A stretch of DNA of 63,946 nucleotides, the filler included, from Lenisia limosa (lineage: Eukaryota > Protista > Breviatea), in the NCBI GenBank assembly GCA_001655205.1. It is 10 parts of 10 records of this genome, joined end to end, with 100 filler letters (N's around TTAATTAATTAA, not from the genome) between each part and the next. Parts side by side here need not be neighbours in the genome. Positions count along the whole stretch, not along the records: positions 44,309 to 57,613 come from LPNZ01000503.1; positions 57,714 to 61,303 come from LPNZ01011574.1; 8 more parts are not named here. One strand, written 5' to 3'. Position 1 is the stretch's first letter, and each line of letters begins with the position of its first letter. The translations under genes were made by a program, and so were the position numbers. Below the pieces are notes generated by a model. The model saw only the letters and a program-made list of their open reading frames with translations, was not told the origin of the DNA and made no database searches. Shown in pieces: positions 47,901 through 61,403 of this stretch.

Positions 47901-50900
47901 AGAAAATTCAAGACCTATCTACAAACCTTGCTCAATCAGAGGAAGAAAGACGGTTGGGGCTGTAGAGCCTTCTTATCAGATATATCATATGTATACTATA
48001 AATACTATCATATATGATAGTATATGATATCATAATATTTTAAATATGATATACTTTAATATGATAATATATCATTGTATATCGATGTATCATATACTAT
48101 CACTTTGGATCATTTTCACGTGTGAACTATCACTTTCCACACAGTGGTATGATACCTCATATCCACTCAAATGATAATTGACCGACAAGTCTCAATGATA
48201 CTCTGATACACTCAGGATGAACCCTCGTGTTATCGTCGGTCATACGATCATATCACCGGTGGATATGGGTTAACGTATGTAGTATATGTACCATTCTATT
48301 ATATCATCATCTGATATTTACACCTTCTGAATTGGAGTTTTCAGCTGGTTTTTCTTCTCACGATTTAGTGATCTTGTAAGCGAGTTTTTGACTTTGAAAG
48401 AGAATTACATTAAAGTACATAAGGTTAGAGAGCTAGCGTATTGTTGAATTCCACCACTCTCACTTCCTATTTGGGTTGATGTTTTAGGACCTTGAGGAAG
48501 AAAAAATTAAAAATGAAGAATTAGGTTTGACATTATTTTGGTTCAGAAATAACTTTTCCATTTTGTATACCCCCCCCCCCCACCTTCAACACTAATAATA
48601 TTTCAGGCCTTGAACTTTTGACATTAGTTTCAAAAAAAGATGTGGCCCCCATTTCTGCAGTCCCAACATTTTTGCACACTGTTGGGAAGAGGTTTTCCTT
48701 TTGAAATATTTGTTTCTAAAAAATGATGACAAATGTAGCAAGCCACACATCGATCCATGAAGCCAACCACAGCTATGTCTGCTGAAAGAGGCTTGGCAAG
48801 TACAGAAGAACTCGAAGAGGTGAATTTCATTTCGAGGAACATTAGTTTAATTTTTTTTCACAGGCACGAGCAGAGGCTCAGCTTTGGAGAGAGAGATACG
48901 AAGAAGTCATGAAGCAGGTATGAGAATGGGTTCGGGTTGATAGATGACAGTATACTTCACATAAAGCCCTCATTTCTCTAGGTTGAAGAAGGGGGAGGAG
49001 TACAACAATCACAGGCTACCACCCCACAACAAAACCAGGTCAGAACTTAAGATTGGATTGTTTTTCGGCTGTTATTCTGTCAAGTTTCATATCTTAGGTC
49101 GGCCTCACCCACAGTGACATCAGTGACGCTGTACGGAAAGGTGATTTGGCGAATTTGAAACGCTTGTCTACAAAACATAACTGTTCTTTGTTTATATGAT
49201 GCAGGAGAGGCAGAAACAAAGGCTGCCAGACAATATTGCGAAGAATCTATAGAAGTCATGCGAGCTGAGCTCCAGGTATGGTTACCAGGGTGACTGAGTG
49301 TTTTTAAAAGAAATCTCATTCATGTAGTCTGTTACCAAGTCTCTTATGGCATTGCGTCCAATGGAGCGGCCAGCTACAGCGGATGACTCTTACAGTTGAA
49401 TGGGGGAAGGGGGAAATGAATGCAAGTCGTATCGCAGTTTCTGACTGACCCCCCCCCAGACGACCTTCTTCTGACTGCCCAAGCCAGGGCATTATCAGCC
49501 TTAGTCAATGCACACAAAGACCACGAGGCTTTCATTACAGCTGCTTTATCCAGGTATTAGGGCAAATCTGACTTGATGATATCATTCACAGGACATTTTG
49601 TCCGTTGTAGTAACAGCACAGAGTAGAGGAAAGAGCGTCAAAACTTCTAAGACAGGTGGTGACGGCAGCGAATCAGTCGGTGGGTTTGACATTACCACTC
49701 TGCAATATCATGCTTTAGGCTGCCCCATCGGATTTGCTACGCCAGCTTAACGAACGTAGGTTGTAATGTGATATAGGACAAGTTGAATGATCTGATGGTT
49801 TACTTTCTTACTACTTAGTTCTTGGCCAAGATGAGAGTGAAATCCTTCGCAGTAGACTCAGTAGAGTACAGGTATAATCCATAAAATCATCTTCGCCTTA
49901 TCACAACAAATTCAGGCCAACTTATCTTCTGATCGAGAGGAACACATTCGCGCCATTTCAGAGCTGAGACGCCAAGCACGGGCAAACCAAAAGCAAAGGT
50001 AAGTTCTCACCATAAGATAGTATTGAAATTTCCGTTCAACTCCAGCGTCGTTTTTTTTTTTGAAACAAGCTGCTTTCATTTTTGAACTAGTTCTGAGGAG
50101 TCCGCCAACTCTTCTATCCAAGAGAAGCTTTTACATGAAATTGAGGTTTGTTTGAGTATATTTTTGCTCTATTTCATCACTTAGCGCCTCAAAAAGACAC
50201 AAACACCGAAAGTTGACACAACTGCCTTGGACGAAATGCGTGTGGAGAATGCCAGATTACGCGCTGGTTTGCTTGTTTATGCAAGAGTGGAATCGATAGT
50301 ATTTAGTAGTATATCGATATGTATCGATATATTATATGCATAGGCATATGATATATTAGTATAATACTATATTAGATATAGTATATGATATAAATATTCA
50401 GGAGTATAAAACTATATTATATATCGATAAAAACAATTATTTCAGAGTATAATAAATATTCATGTAATATATATATATCATCTTCATATCATATAGTATG
50501 CTATAAATAAATTTGATATACTATACTGCTTTTGTATAAAACCTCACCAATAATTTAGAAGTAGCACGGTCGTCTGCCATGGTTGCTGCAGGCGGTGGCG
50601 GTGGTGACATGGACATGGATATCTTAATGCAGGTTAGAGGAATTGTTGAATGTTCTAACTCATTAGGAGCTTCAAGTCTTTACCTCCACTACTCTAGCTG
50701 AAATGGAAAATGAACGGTCTGAACTTCTCACTCGTGCTACTCTTGGTGAGCCCAAAAGTCTCTTGTTTAACCCAATAGCTGAAGAACAGCTCTTTGCATA
50801 TGAAGATGCCCAAGCCCAAAGTATAGCACGATACACCACTCAAATCTCACAACTCAGTTCTCAGGTTCGCAGTATTATCATAATACTGAGTCTTTTTCTT

Positions 50901-51069
50901 GGATTTCCATAACATTCTTGTGGTGTTTCCTTTTTCAAAATAACCCCTTCAGGTGGCTGATCTACAAGCCCGTCTAAGTGCATCAAATCGTTCGCGAACT
51001 GCTGCCAGCATTCCCGCCAATCTTCCTCCTATTCCTGGCAAGATCCTTGTACCCCCTCTTCCTGTTTAG
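44913..51069 (+). CDS. CCDC78-like protein: Pro-rich N-terminus, degenerate kinesin motor domain, DUF4472-like coiled coil and CCDC78-type C-terminus; many exons
   Basis: Kinesin scaffold motifs in order: ARIRP, IEFDHV, IIVTGGAGAGRTHTVHG, GYLEVFEEGIRDL, LVFTLEI, MYKSLFAFKSVV, DSQATKLLREGLG. Then LLTAEEDRLR|LSKALVDAELKVNEAEEKMAQLKFE|LENKVLSTEN and ERSELLTRATL|AEEQL...IARY, which resemble the conserved CCDC78 segments. Stop TAG at 51067-51069. Confidence 0.75.
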
Positions 51070-51503
51070 GTTTCTATTGGTTTTTTTTTTTTTATGCTGT
51101 TTCCTGTAATACCCTTTTTGTATTTTGTTTTTCCTAATAATCCAATTTAAGATGAAAAGAGGATTCACAAACAAAATTTATAACTTTATTGGTATATTGG
51201 CCTAATACTCTTATTTTTTTCTCATTTCTACATATATTAAACCTAACTGACATCCTAACAACATACAATGAAAAGATAAACACACATTAATCTAAAGACT
51301 TGAATTCATGACCATCAGAGCTTGAAACGAAATGAGGAGGCCGCTGGGAGTCATCATGTGAGAATAAATCACTGAAAAGGTCAGTAATCGAATATCACTA
51401 TATCAAAACCAGTTCAACAGCGCCACATACGATTGTGATCGTATTCGTTTGCCAAAAGAAGAGTCCAAGCTAAAATATTAATAAACACAATTGAAACCAT
51501 TCA

Positions 51504-54276
51504 TCAATTCAAGCCACACCCACCAAGGCTCGATGTCTTCAATAAAAGACGACAGTGTGGATGGGGTGCGACTACGTGAAGTGAAGAAAGTGTTCCTCTA
51601 TTGAAAACAAGAAATGAAATGAAGGCCAGCGCACTGGTGGAAAGGGGGGGACGTTTCGGATTGTGCTCGTTGGAGAACTTTCTGAATACAACACTAGATG
51701 TTTTAGGTCCGAAACACCCCATCAAAGCCGTTACAATCTTGTCCAGCATACTGCAGAATCCAGGCTCTGCGCGGCTGGCAGTGGCAACGAGTTCAGAAGG
51801 GCGTCATCTGTCGGGCTTGGCGGCTGAGTGTTTGTGGGAGAAGAATCATCCGTGCGAAGAATGAGTGCAAGGGGGCTGGAAAAGTCAAAAGCTAAAAGAC
51901 ACAAAGGAAAATAGCAAATAACAATACCTTAACGGAGGCTTGAGTGACTCATCTTGGGGTTGACCAGTGCGCGCCTGCTTTTGCGCTAATCGCGCCAATG
52001 ATTGACTGTAGCGTTACACTTAAGGTTGGGGGAGAAAGAATGTTGAAAATATAAGTTTGACTATTTACCTTTTGACTGACATTGTTTCATCTTCAGAAAG
52101 TGGGGGTACAGTGAACCTCATACTGTGCCTGCTATGAGGCCTTCGAGGACTTTCTTCATCTGTTACCCATGATCTCTGGGAAGTTAGTTGGCGGGATATT
52201 GACTATTTCGAATACACAGCGGTAATTTAGGATACTCACGTGGGAAGAAGGGTGACGAGGGGAGAGAACAGAGTTTAGCGACCGCATTGATGGGGACCTG
52301 GATGGAATGGAGACAAGAGATCCAGACGATCCCGTTGTGGCTGCACTGGAGGAGGGGGGGGGTGATAAAATCTGTCTTATCTACAGGAACTGAAAAAAAA
52401 AGCAAGCAAAACCAGGCCAGTTAATTCTGCGCACCACCCAACAAGGTTCATAATTACAAAAGAAAAAGCAATTAGAAGAATTAGAAAAGTGAAGTTGAAT
52501 ACATAAGTCAATCTCCTCCACCAATAAGTTCATAATACATGAAATTTGCTGAAAAAGCACCACTTACTGTTTCTCCAAGGTAGAAAAGGACAAAATGGTG
52601 TCTGAAGAGTAAGGTCAAAGAAAATGTTTTCATTTTTTTAAAAAACAATCCAGGAATACATCATTTTTAACATAATAGTGCCATATCTATTCTTTAAAAT
52701 GTAATCCACTTACTCTGCTGTGCTTTAGATTTTGGTTTGGGGGGTGGCGAAGCCTTTGGTAACTTCGCAAGCTGTTTCTTTTGTTTATTTCTCTTCCCGA
52801 TGATATAGGAATATGTACTCTGCTTTGTAATCCCTGGAAAGTAAACAGGAACTGAAAAGCAATAGGAAAGCTTACCAAGATATATATGGAAGAACGAGAG
52901 CTGTAGAATGAGAACGACGGTTACAAATAGAATTGCCGTGGTAAGGACAGCAGGAATAGCCCAAGTCGCTGTCGTGAAAGGAAGAAGGGAATTCTCATTG
53001 ACTGGGGGAGGGGGATAAGGTGCATGTCCATTAGCTGCAAAAAAGTGACAGTGGATCAGTTTAGAATGACCACACCTCCAACCTGTTGCAATTAGAGTCT
53101 CTTTGTCCTGCATGGCAAGGTACACTGAGATAACGCCCGTGAAAAAGCCAGTTGTTGAAAGTGCCACCAGAGATACAAGAAACCAAACAAACACCCTAGA
53201 ACAATAACTAAAAGCAGTCGATGAATACCTATATGTCTTGATACCGATGCAGTTGTTGAGCCACTTGCAATGATGGTCAAAGCCGAAAATACATTTATTG
53301 CATGTTCGGCAATGCTTCGATGATTCATGGCTGGATTGTTACAAATATAAAATGTAGTTCAAAATACACACAAAAAAAAAACGGAGAATATCTGAGTGAA
53401 TGCAACACAAGCGCCCATTGCCATCCTCCTACACGTAACAGTCACAAGTTGAACAATAGAAATCCTTGAATTTTGGTGAACCAAGACCATTAGAGCGAGC
53501 CGTGGGTGTTGAAGAGTCTGCTTCAGGTCCTTCAGTCTCTCCTTCTGGGTGTGTTAGTCTGCGTTCAAATAGACCGAGTAGGTTAGTGAGCCATCCCGGT
53601 TCAAGGCCTAGCTACCTTCAAAAATGTGAAAGACCCACCTTGCTTAAATGTTGACAGTTGGGACTGTGTTTCTGCAACAGCGTACACCTTATTCCGCGGC
53701 TTCCTCTTGAGCGACAATGCTTCACAATATGAAGCAGAATGCACTAGTTGTGGGTCTGAAGGATCCGACAGCGTGAGCACAATGTCAAGCGTTACCGCAA
53801 TAGCAAACAACAAGGTCAGTACCTGTAAGATTTAAAAAAAAAAAAAAAANNNNNNNNNNNNNNNNNNNNNNNNNNNNNNNNNNNNNNNNNNNNNNNNNNN
53901 NNNNNNNNNNNNNNNNNNNNNNNNNNNNNNNNNNACGAATAAAAGGGGTAAAAAGTATGGTCTCGGAATAGCAGGAGTAACAACCAAGAAGATACTGGCG
54001 AATAGGGTTGGGAGGATAAGCCACGAGAGTACCTGCAGTGGTTCAGGGGACAAATAGTGGCTTTGCGTATTGGTGGCGAATCAAATAGAACCGACTACCG
54101 CGGAGAACGAGAAAAGTTATGTACCGTGTGCTGACCCAAACCCACCCACACACACACACACACACAAAAACATACAAATAAATAAATAAAAAAATTCAAA
54201 ATCCCAAAAGTGCCCAAACTATAATTCAAACCTGAGCAGGATCGCGAGGACGTTGGAAGCCGTGGACCTTTATCAT
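51504..54276 (-). CDS. DHHC palmitoyltransferase (ZDHHC1/11-like)
   Basis: [15 protein letters not shown]|VLSWLILP; [31 protein letters not shown] (~53200-53300); [10 protein letters not shown]|[12 protein letters not shown] (TTxE-like); low-complexity tail. The 3' end is approximate. Confidence 0.9.
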
Positions 54277-54649
54277 GGTTTTATCATTGTTTCAATGATT
54301 TTTTTCTTTCTGGGTGTCTTTTCAAGGCTCAGCAGCAATGAAGATAGGCGAGCTCTGAATCATTGAAACTTTAACAGTGCTTATGAGCCTGTAACGGGTC
54401 TATAGGTCTCTAGGCCGCCCTATCATCATTAGAGATTTATATTTTGAAATTTAGTAGATGTGAGTGTGACATTGAGAGCACAGCCAGTTTGCTTTGAGAC
54501 CAAGAAAAACACGATCATCCGAACAACTTGAGATCACTTCACAGATTTTTACGATCATCTTGAGATCAATAAGATCAATTGAAGATCATCAAACAGCTTT
54601 GCTGCCGACAGCAAACTTCAACTCTCCACTTCCTCTCCCTTTCTCCTCC

Positions 54650-57500
54650 TCACTTGGTTGGGGTTGGGGCGATGAACATACTTACATTCAAAACAAAACA
54701 GTAGATCTTTGATCTTCTTTCGCCTCCCCCCCCAATCCTCCTGAGGACACTGTTGAAACGTTGAGACAGCTTGACGCTTTGAGATACATGAAGATACACA
54801 ATGAGTTCTGCTAGCACAAGGACCGACCTAGCTGGGAGCTCAGAGTTTTCTAAGCCAAAAAATGCCTGATTTAACCTGTATCTCAAGCCAGAATGAGAAG
54901 TTCCGTGATTACAGGGGTTTAAAACATTATTCAGACTACTATGAACGCCAACTAGCCGCGTATACAACTGATTTTTTGAAGAAATCAGAACCTTCCACTT
55001 TCCGTTCGGTTAACCCTTGTCCAAGCAGAACCCATTTACAATTGATTGCAGGAGAGATACACTTTTCACATTCAACCTTTTGACTGACTGACTGACTTTT
55101 GGAAAACGGGGAAAACGTGGGATGTGGCAATGCAAAACCTCCCTTCCCTTCTCTTAACAGTTCCACCACAGACACCATAGATACTATACGTACGGTATAT
55201 ATACTCCTCCAAGCCTCCAAGCAGCCTCTTTGGTCGAATGGTCAAAGAACCGCTTAAGAACCCTGGACTTAGTCTGTTTTACCCGCTTTAGAGTATTCTA
55301 CCTTTTAACAAAATCACTTTCATCACAAACATACTACAAGTAATTTTTAAAGAGTATGGTAGGGAAAAACTAAAACAACAAAACGGGGAAAATACAACAG
55401 GTACAAGAAATACAATGGGGGAACGTGTAAAGTGACTCAGCTGTTTGAACATTGACTCTCAATATGAACCTGAAAACGAATAAGTGTTGGTTGAATTCAA
55501 GAAAGTATTTGTCCACAGTAACATACAGCTAAATTTCTAAAGTTCGAAGAAAGCATCCGAAATGATTTTCCCAGCTGAATAAGTGAGAAAAAATATGAAG
55601 GGAATGTAAATCTCAGATAATAAAATAATTGATTCTATTGACTGGCTCTTTCTCACATTTCTGTAGCTTTCGAGGGCTTCCTCTTCAATTACAAACACTG
55701 AAGGATCAAGAGCCTAAGAAGTAAAAAGGAAACTGGTTCGCTCACCTTTCCAAACTCTCCAGTATTAGGACTCAATCTTTCACCAAATTCCCCGCTACCA
55801 ACACGCTCGGCTCCATCAATACTGTAGATTCCAGACCCAGTATATTCGGTTGGAGGAACACAGGAAACCTGTGAGACGAATCAGTATTCACTAATGTTTG
55901 GATGATACAATGCAGACAATTCTCATGACTTTTGAATTGAGCATGAACGTACCTGAACGGAAGAGGACGGAATTGACGGGCTCTTGCTGATATGCTTGGG
56001 GGAGCTGTCCCTGGAAGCCACTGCAATAAGCTGGGAGTCTTTGAAAGAGACAAATGAATCAGGAGTTGTTTCTGGAGTGAAGGAGTTTTTATTGGATAAG
56101 GATTTTTGCGAAGAGTCAATGAATACACATTCATCGTTATCAGAATCGACAACACTCCACGATAAAGGTGTTTTGTGAGTTTTTTTTGCGAAATTTGGAA
56201 CTGGGGTAGATTTGGAGGCCGAAGAGCCTCTTGAACAAGTGGAGTCTATGACTTTTGGAGAACTGTGAACAACCAGTGATAGGGGTTGTGCCACGTTGAC
56301 AATGGGTGAACGTAATGACGGTTTTAGCGCTGTTGTAGAATAGTCATCTGTGAGATCTTTCTAAAAATTAAACAATCAAGAACGACATGATACAAGATGA
56401 ATAGTGGTTGTAATATTGGGATCCATTGAAACTGTACCTATAACTCAATATAGAGTGTATTTCTCAAAATTCATTGTGGAAAAATACGATGAAATATAAA
56501 ATATGAGACATACCTCATCCAAATATGTAACACTTCAAACAATCCACATGTAATATGATGTACAACAAAATATAACACAACTCCATATGATACTATTATA
56601 TGATGATACATGATATTTGATAAACACAAATACATCTTTTTGATATATATCATAATAGTAGCAGTAATATCATGTTGTGACGATCTTTTGATTGAGCTAA
56701 AGGTACCAAACCTGTGGTAGTAGAATGTCGCCGTGAGGTTGTTTGTTGAGGCCTTCAAGCTCTTTATCAAGAACCCTTTTCACCGAATCCCGCGTGTTCC
56801 TCATACTCGCTGTACGAATAATACCAGAGCCTGAAGAACAGCTCTGAGTTGAACCCTAGAAAAGATAATAATCCGAGAATATTCATAAAATTGAAGGGAG
56901 CTGATACAGTCATTGATAGCATAGTGTAAAGAACATACTTTTTCTGATACAACATTTGCGATAGGGGAAGTTGGGAAAATAAACCTAAAAAAACATAAGC
57001 AATTAGAAAGGAAATCAACAGCACTTGGTACCCACTCTTTGACTTCTGATGTTCGTTGAATTGCTTCAGTTGGTGAAGTGAAAGCGAAGGGTGACTGTGA
57101 AAGCAGGCTTTCCTCCCCTCTCTATTCAATAAAAAACGTCTTCTACTGGTTGTGCAAAACACTCAACAAAATATGACCAGTCAAAAACAAATAGGAAAGT
57201 ACTTGGTAGTGTAAGTGAGACGAAAGACCCCACTTTAGCATTTGCAGGAGCAGGGGTGACAGGTTCGGCTGATTCTTGAGGAATAGGCATCTGCAGTCTC
57301 AGCTCAGAAGTATTTATGTGTTTTCAAGTTAACGCATACCAAGAAGATAATATGTTGGGTATCAACACCTCACCCCCAAATGGAAAAATTGCCATTCTTC
57401 ATACCGAAAGGAAAGGACATGCCAAAGTGACTCCAGATGAAGAAACTGTTCGAGTGCCTAAAGAAGCAACTGTACTCTTGTCTTTAATTTTGAAACAACT
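54650..57500 (-). CDS. Multi-exon gene, unidentified, with a long Ser/Pro-rich region
   Basis: In-phase exons such as RDSVKRVLDKELEGLNKQPHGDILLPQ|KDLTDDYSTTALKPSLRSP...; ORF 55923-56294 is Ser-rich. Boundaries are approximate. Confidence 0.4.
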
Positions 57501-57713
57501 TGTTGATCTTGTTGGTGCCTAATCCGTGAGTATTCTAGAAATGCATTTCTAATTACTTGTAACGAATGAGCAATAAAAAACAAGGTTGTGCCTCGCCGAA
57601 GCCGTCCACACCANNNNNNNNNNNNNNNNNNNNNNNNNNNNNNNNNNNNNNNNNNNNTTAATTAATTAANNNNNNNNNNNNNNNNNNNNNNNNNNNNNNN
57701 NNNNNNNNNNNNN

Positions 57714-60700
57714 TGAGGTCTCAAAAACTAGTTCACTTTATATTGCTCCTCCTCTTTTTCTACCCTTAATTATAACCATTTCTTTTTCTACCCAAGCTTA
57801 GCAGTGATTTAGAAAAAAAAAGGTTGCCTAAAACTGTCCATCACAGGCCCAGAATCGTATAAACTAGGTTATAACAATTAATTGGACTCAGGCTTTAATT
57901 TATTGACCTCCCTCTCGTCGGCCCTCTGGTCTTGATAACCCATCCGCCGGCCCATTCTTGCTCCCCAGTCTGTGTTTCATAACAAAGTTATATCCTATTC
58001 CAATAGATGGAATTTTTGGTGTTTTTGGATCTCTTGAATGATTCGAAGATACCAGGGTACTAAGTTCCTGAATTTGAGGGGAATTGGGGAATTGGTCAAA
58101 AATCCTCCAAAATTCACTCAAATCGTTATTTATGGTCACCATCTGCGTCACCACTTAAGGTATGCGTTTGGGCAAGGGCTTTTTGCAAGAAGGGGCTATT
58201 GGAAGGAATTGTGATTGAGTGAATTTTTGTATCTTCTTAATGATTCGGAGGTTTCATGGTAGAAATAACTCACCTATTTCATTCATTTGTTTTAGGAAAT
58301 AATAATGCAGAAGAACACCAAGCTACACTTCTCCATCTCAAAAGAAGGGAAGTAAGCAGTCTAGTGAAGCCTTAGAGAAAGGGAAAATTGTTCTCTTTCC
58401 AGTATTAAGACGGTGACAATGACCATTTTTGGATTTTCATCGTAACATAGGAATTAAAATGAAAATTGTGACTACGCACAGCCAACACTACCATATTTTC
58501 TATATGTTGCAGTTTTGCAATAGAAAAAAAATCAAAGTCAAACCTCATTTACTCAACATTTCCAAATTAGTTAAAGACAACTGTACCAAATAAAAGGCAA
58601 AAGCAGAGACAATAAAAAAAAAATTAGTTTTGTTCAAAACAAATTAATACTCATTCTAAATAATATTAAGTAAAAAACAGCCCAAAGTTAGGCACCAGGT
58701 GAGGTAGAAGCACAACAAAAAAATAAAAAATAGTTACCTATTTAACAGCATTAAAACAATTTAATGTAGTATTTTGAAGACAACAGCTGATCAACCAATG
58801 AAAACAAAAGTGAAAAAAATAAATTCAACATAACTTGGTTCAAATTGGGTTGTAACAACAATAGTTTATCTTAACATACTGTAATTAACAAAAGAGCAAG
58901 CTTACTTTTGAAATTTCAAAAAAAAAAACTGAAAATGAAAAATGACGTAAATCCGCTCCAACGCTGTCTATCAATAAATATAATAAATCTATTTGGACTA
59001 ACCAGGATTCAACAAAAATAGCGCGAGAAAACAAAAGGTTAACTTCTCGGAAGGGATGGTAATAATATTTACCTGGGGTATACAAAACAAAAACCTGGAA
59101 AGCTGGACACCCCAACTAGTACATCTTTACTTGAGGTTGGTTTAAAAAATAAATAAATATCTACACTGGTTCTTTGCAGAGGTAATTTTATTTTGAGTTG
59201 GTGATGGTCGTCAGACTGAGTTACCACTTAAGGGATGCGTTTGGGCAAGACAGGTTTTTACTAGAANNNNNNNNNNTATTGTAAGTGATGCATTTTTTGA
59301 CAATTTTAACCATTTTGACGATTTTGACAATTTCTTGATTAACTGGTCATTAGTACCATGTTTTCTCGAAAAATCATTCAAAAATCCCAAAATTCACCCT
59401 ANNNNNNNNNNACCTAAATAATTCTAAGATACAGTGTACTTAATACCTGAGGTTTAAGGAAATTTTGAACTGTTTGACGATTTTGACCATTTCATGATTT
59501 ACTGGTCATTAGTACCATGTTTTCTTGAACAATCATTCAAAGATCCAAAAATTCACCCTATGGTAGTAATACACTTGGGTTCCGTCTAATNNNNNNNNNN
59601 CTTCTTGTACCACGAACATAAGCTAGTTCCTAGGTAAAAAAAATTGAGAAAATTTCCCCCTCTGGCTTAGACATACGCAACCAGTGACCAAAATTGGTCA
59701 AAAATCCCCTCAGTCCCTTACCCCCAAAACTGGATCCTGAACCTTGCTTTTCAATTCTGACCAATTAGATTTCAAAACATTGTCCTTAAAACACGTCTAT
59801 ATAACGTGTGAGAACATAACATAGTCCCTTAGTGAAATAATTGAAAAAAAATCCCCTAAAAAAACAGGGTAAACCCTAAGGACCGGTCCAAATGTACAAG
59901 AAAACAATGTCCTTGAGGAGTCATTGGGGTCATTGATAACAAAAGTTTGGGGCAAAAAATAAATAATAAGAAACTCAGAGAAAAGGGAGGAAAATGGTAC
60001 AAATTTGGTCAAAAATGGTTGAGATAGCGTCAAGAACGAAGGGGGGGTNNNNNNNNNNAGGCGTCACCAAGATCCTGGCGAAGGTCTATAGCGGCAGTGT
60101 TCCTAAAAAGTTAGTTTTTTTGAGATTAAAAATCGGTTTTAGGGGTTTTAAAGGCGTCTGATTCGATTTCTGTGGTGAAAAAATGCATTTTGAGCAGAAG
60201 GGGGTCAAAAGTGGGGTAGATTGGGTGGTTTTCTGGGGTATTGGGCCTGAAAGTCGACTTTCGGTTTCCATACTCAACCTGTCGCCTGGCAATCCTCGGG
60301 ATGGCTTTCTGGGAGGTTTTCAGGTTGTCTGATTTCATTTCACTCGTCCTGACGAAGGTCGATAGCTGCGACCTTTTGTATTAAAAAAAGTTAGTTTTTT
60401 AGACATTAAAATTCGGTTTTAGGGGTTTTCAGGTCGTCTGATTCGATTTCTGATATAGTACTTTTAAAAAAATTAAACCTAGGGGTACACCTGCTTTAAA
60501 ATAGTAAAAATGGCATTTTTTTTGCTATTTTTCAACCAGAAGGTCAAGGCGTTGATAAATACCAGGTAGTCTAAGGCAATGAACGTTATGTAAAGTTTTG
60601 AGTAAAGTAACCTGGAAGTGGTGCAATCTGAAAGTAACGACCGGTAACGACCGGTGACGTAACGACCGAAAGGGTCGTAGGTTGGTTCTCGACGACCCAA

Positions 60701-61303
60701 AAATTTACATTTAATTTGGTTTGTTCCCTACTGAAACATCCCATTTTTATTGGGCACTATCGCTGCTATGTTATGGAGATACGATGTGGTTGGGATCTAA
60801 GGTGTGATAGGACCCAGGAAGGTCGTTGTCCAAAGACAAAGATCAAGGAACGTTGGGGCTTTAAGACCAAATCAAGGCAAGCGGTTGGCAATAGTTTAAG
60901 GGAATGAACGTTATGTTTAGTTTNNNNNNNNNNGATTTGGTCTGTTCCCTACTTAAACATCCCATGTTTATTGGACGCTATCGTTATACGATGTGGTTGG
61001 GGTGTAAGGTGTGTTAGGACTCTGGAAGGTCGTTCTCTTCAGACAAAGATTAAGGGTCGTTGGGGGACCGAATCAAGGGCAAGGTGTTGGCAATGCAGGG
61101 CAGCCTAAAGAACTGAACGTTAGCGTATTTTCGAGTTAAGTAACCTGGTGATTATAGAATTTCAAAGTAACGACCGATAGCGACCGGTAAACGGCCGGTT
61201 ATATTAAGATACTTTGATAACAGAACAGTTTTCTTAAATAAAATGCTGTTTTTGTTATTAAATTGTAGATTGGGGTTGGAACAGCTTTATTTGGGGGAGC
61301 AAT
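57714..61303. repeat. Gene-free scaffold made of several families of diverged direct and inverted repeats
   Basis: 59312-59400 ~ 59472-59560; 58147-58177 ~ 59221-59250; 60079-60172 ~ 60353-60452; 60714-60920 ~ 60935-61110; AACGACCG(GT) clusters at 60632-60668 and 61146-61182. Confidence 0.75.
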
Positions 61304-61403
61304 NNNNNNNNNNNNNNNNNNNNNNNNNNNNNNNNNNNNNNNNNNNNTTAATTAATTAANNNNNNNNNNNNNNNNNNNNNNNNNNNNNNNNNNNNNNNNN
61401 NNN

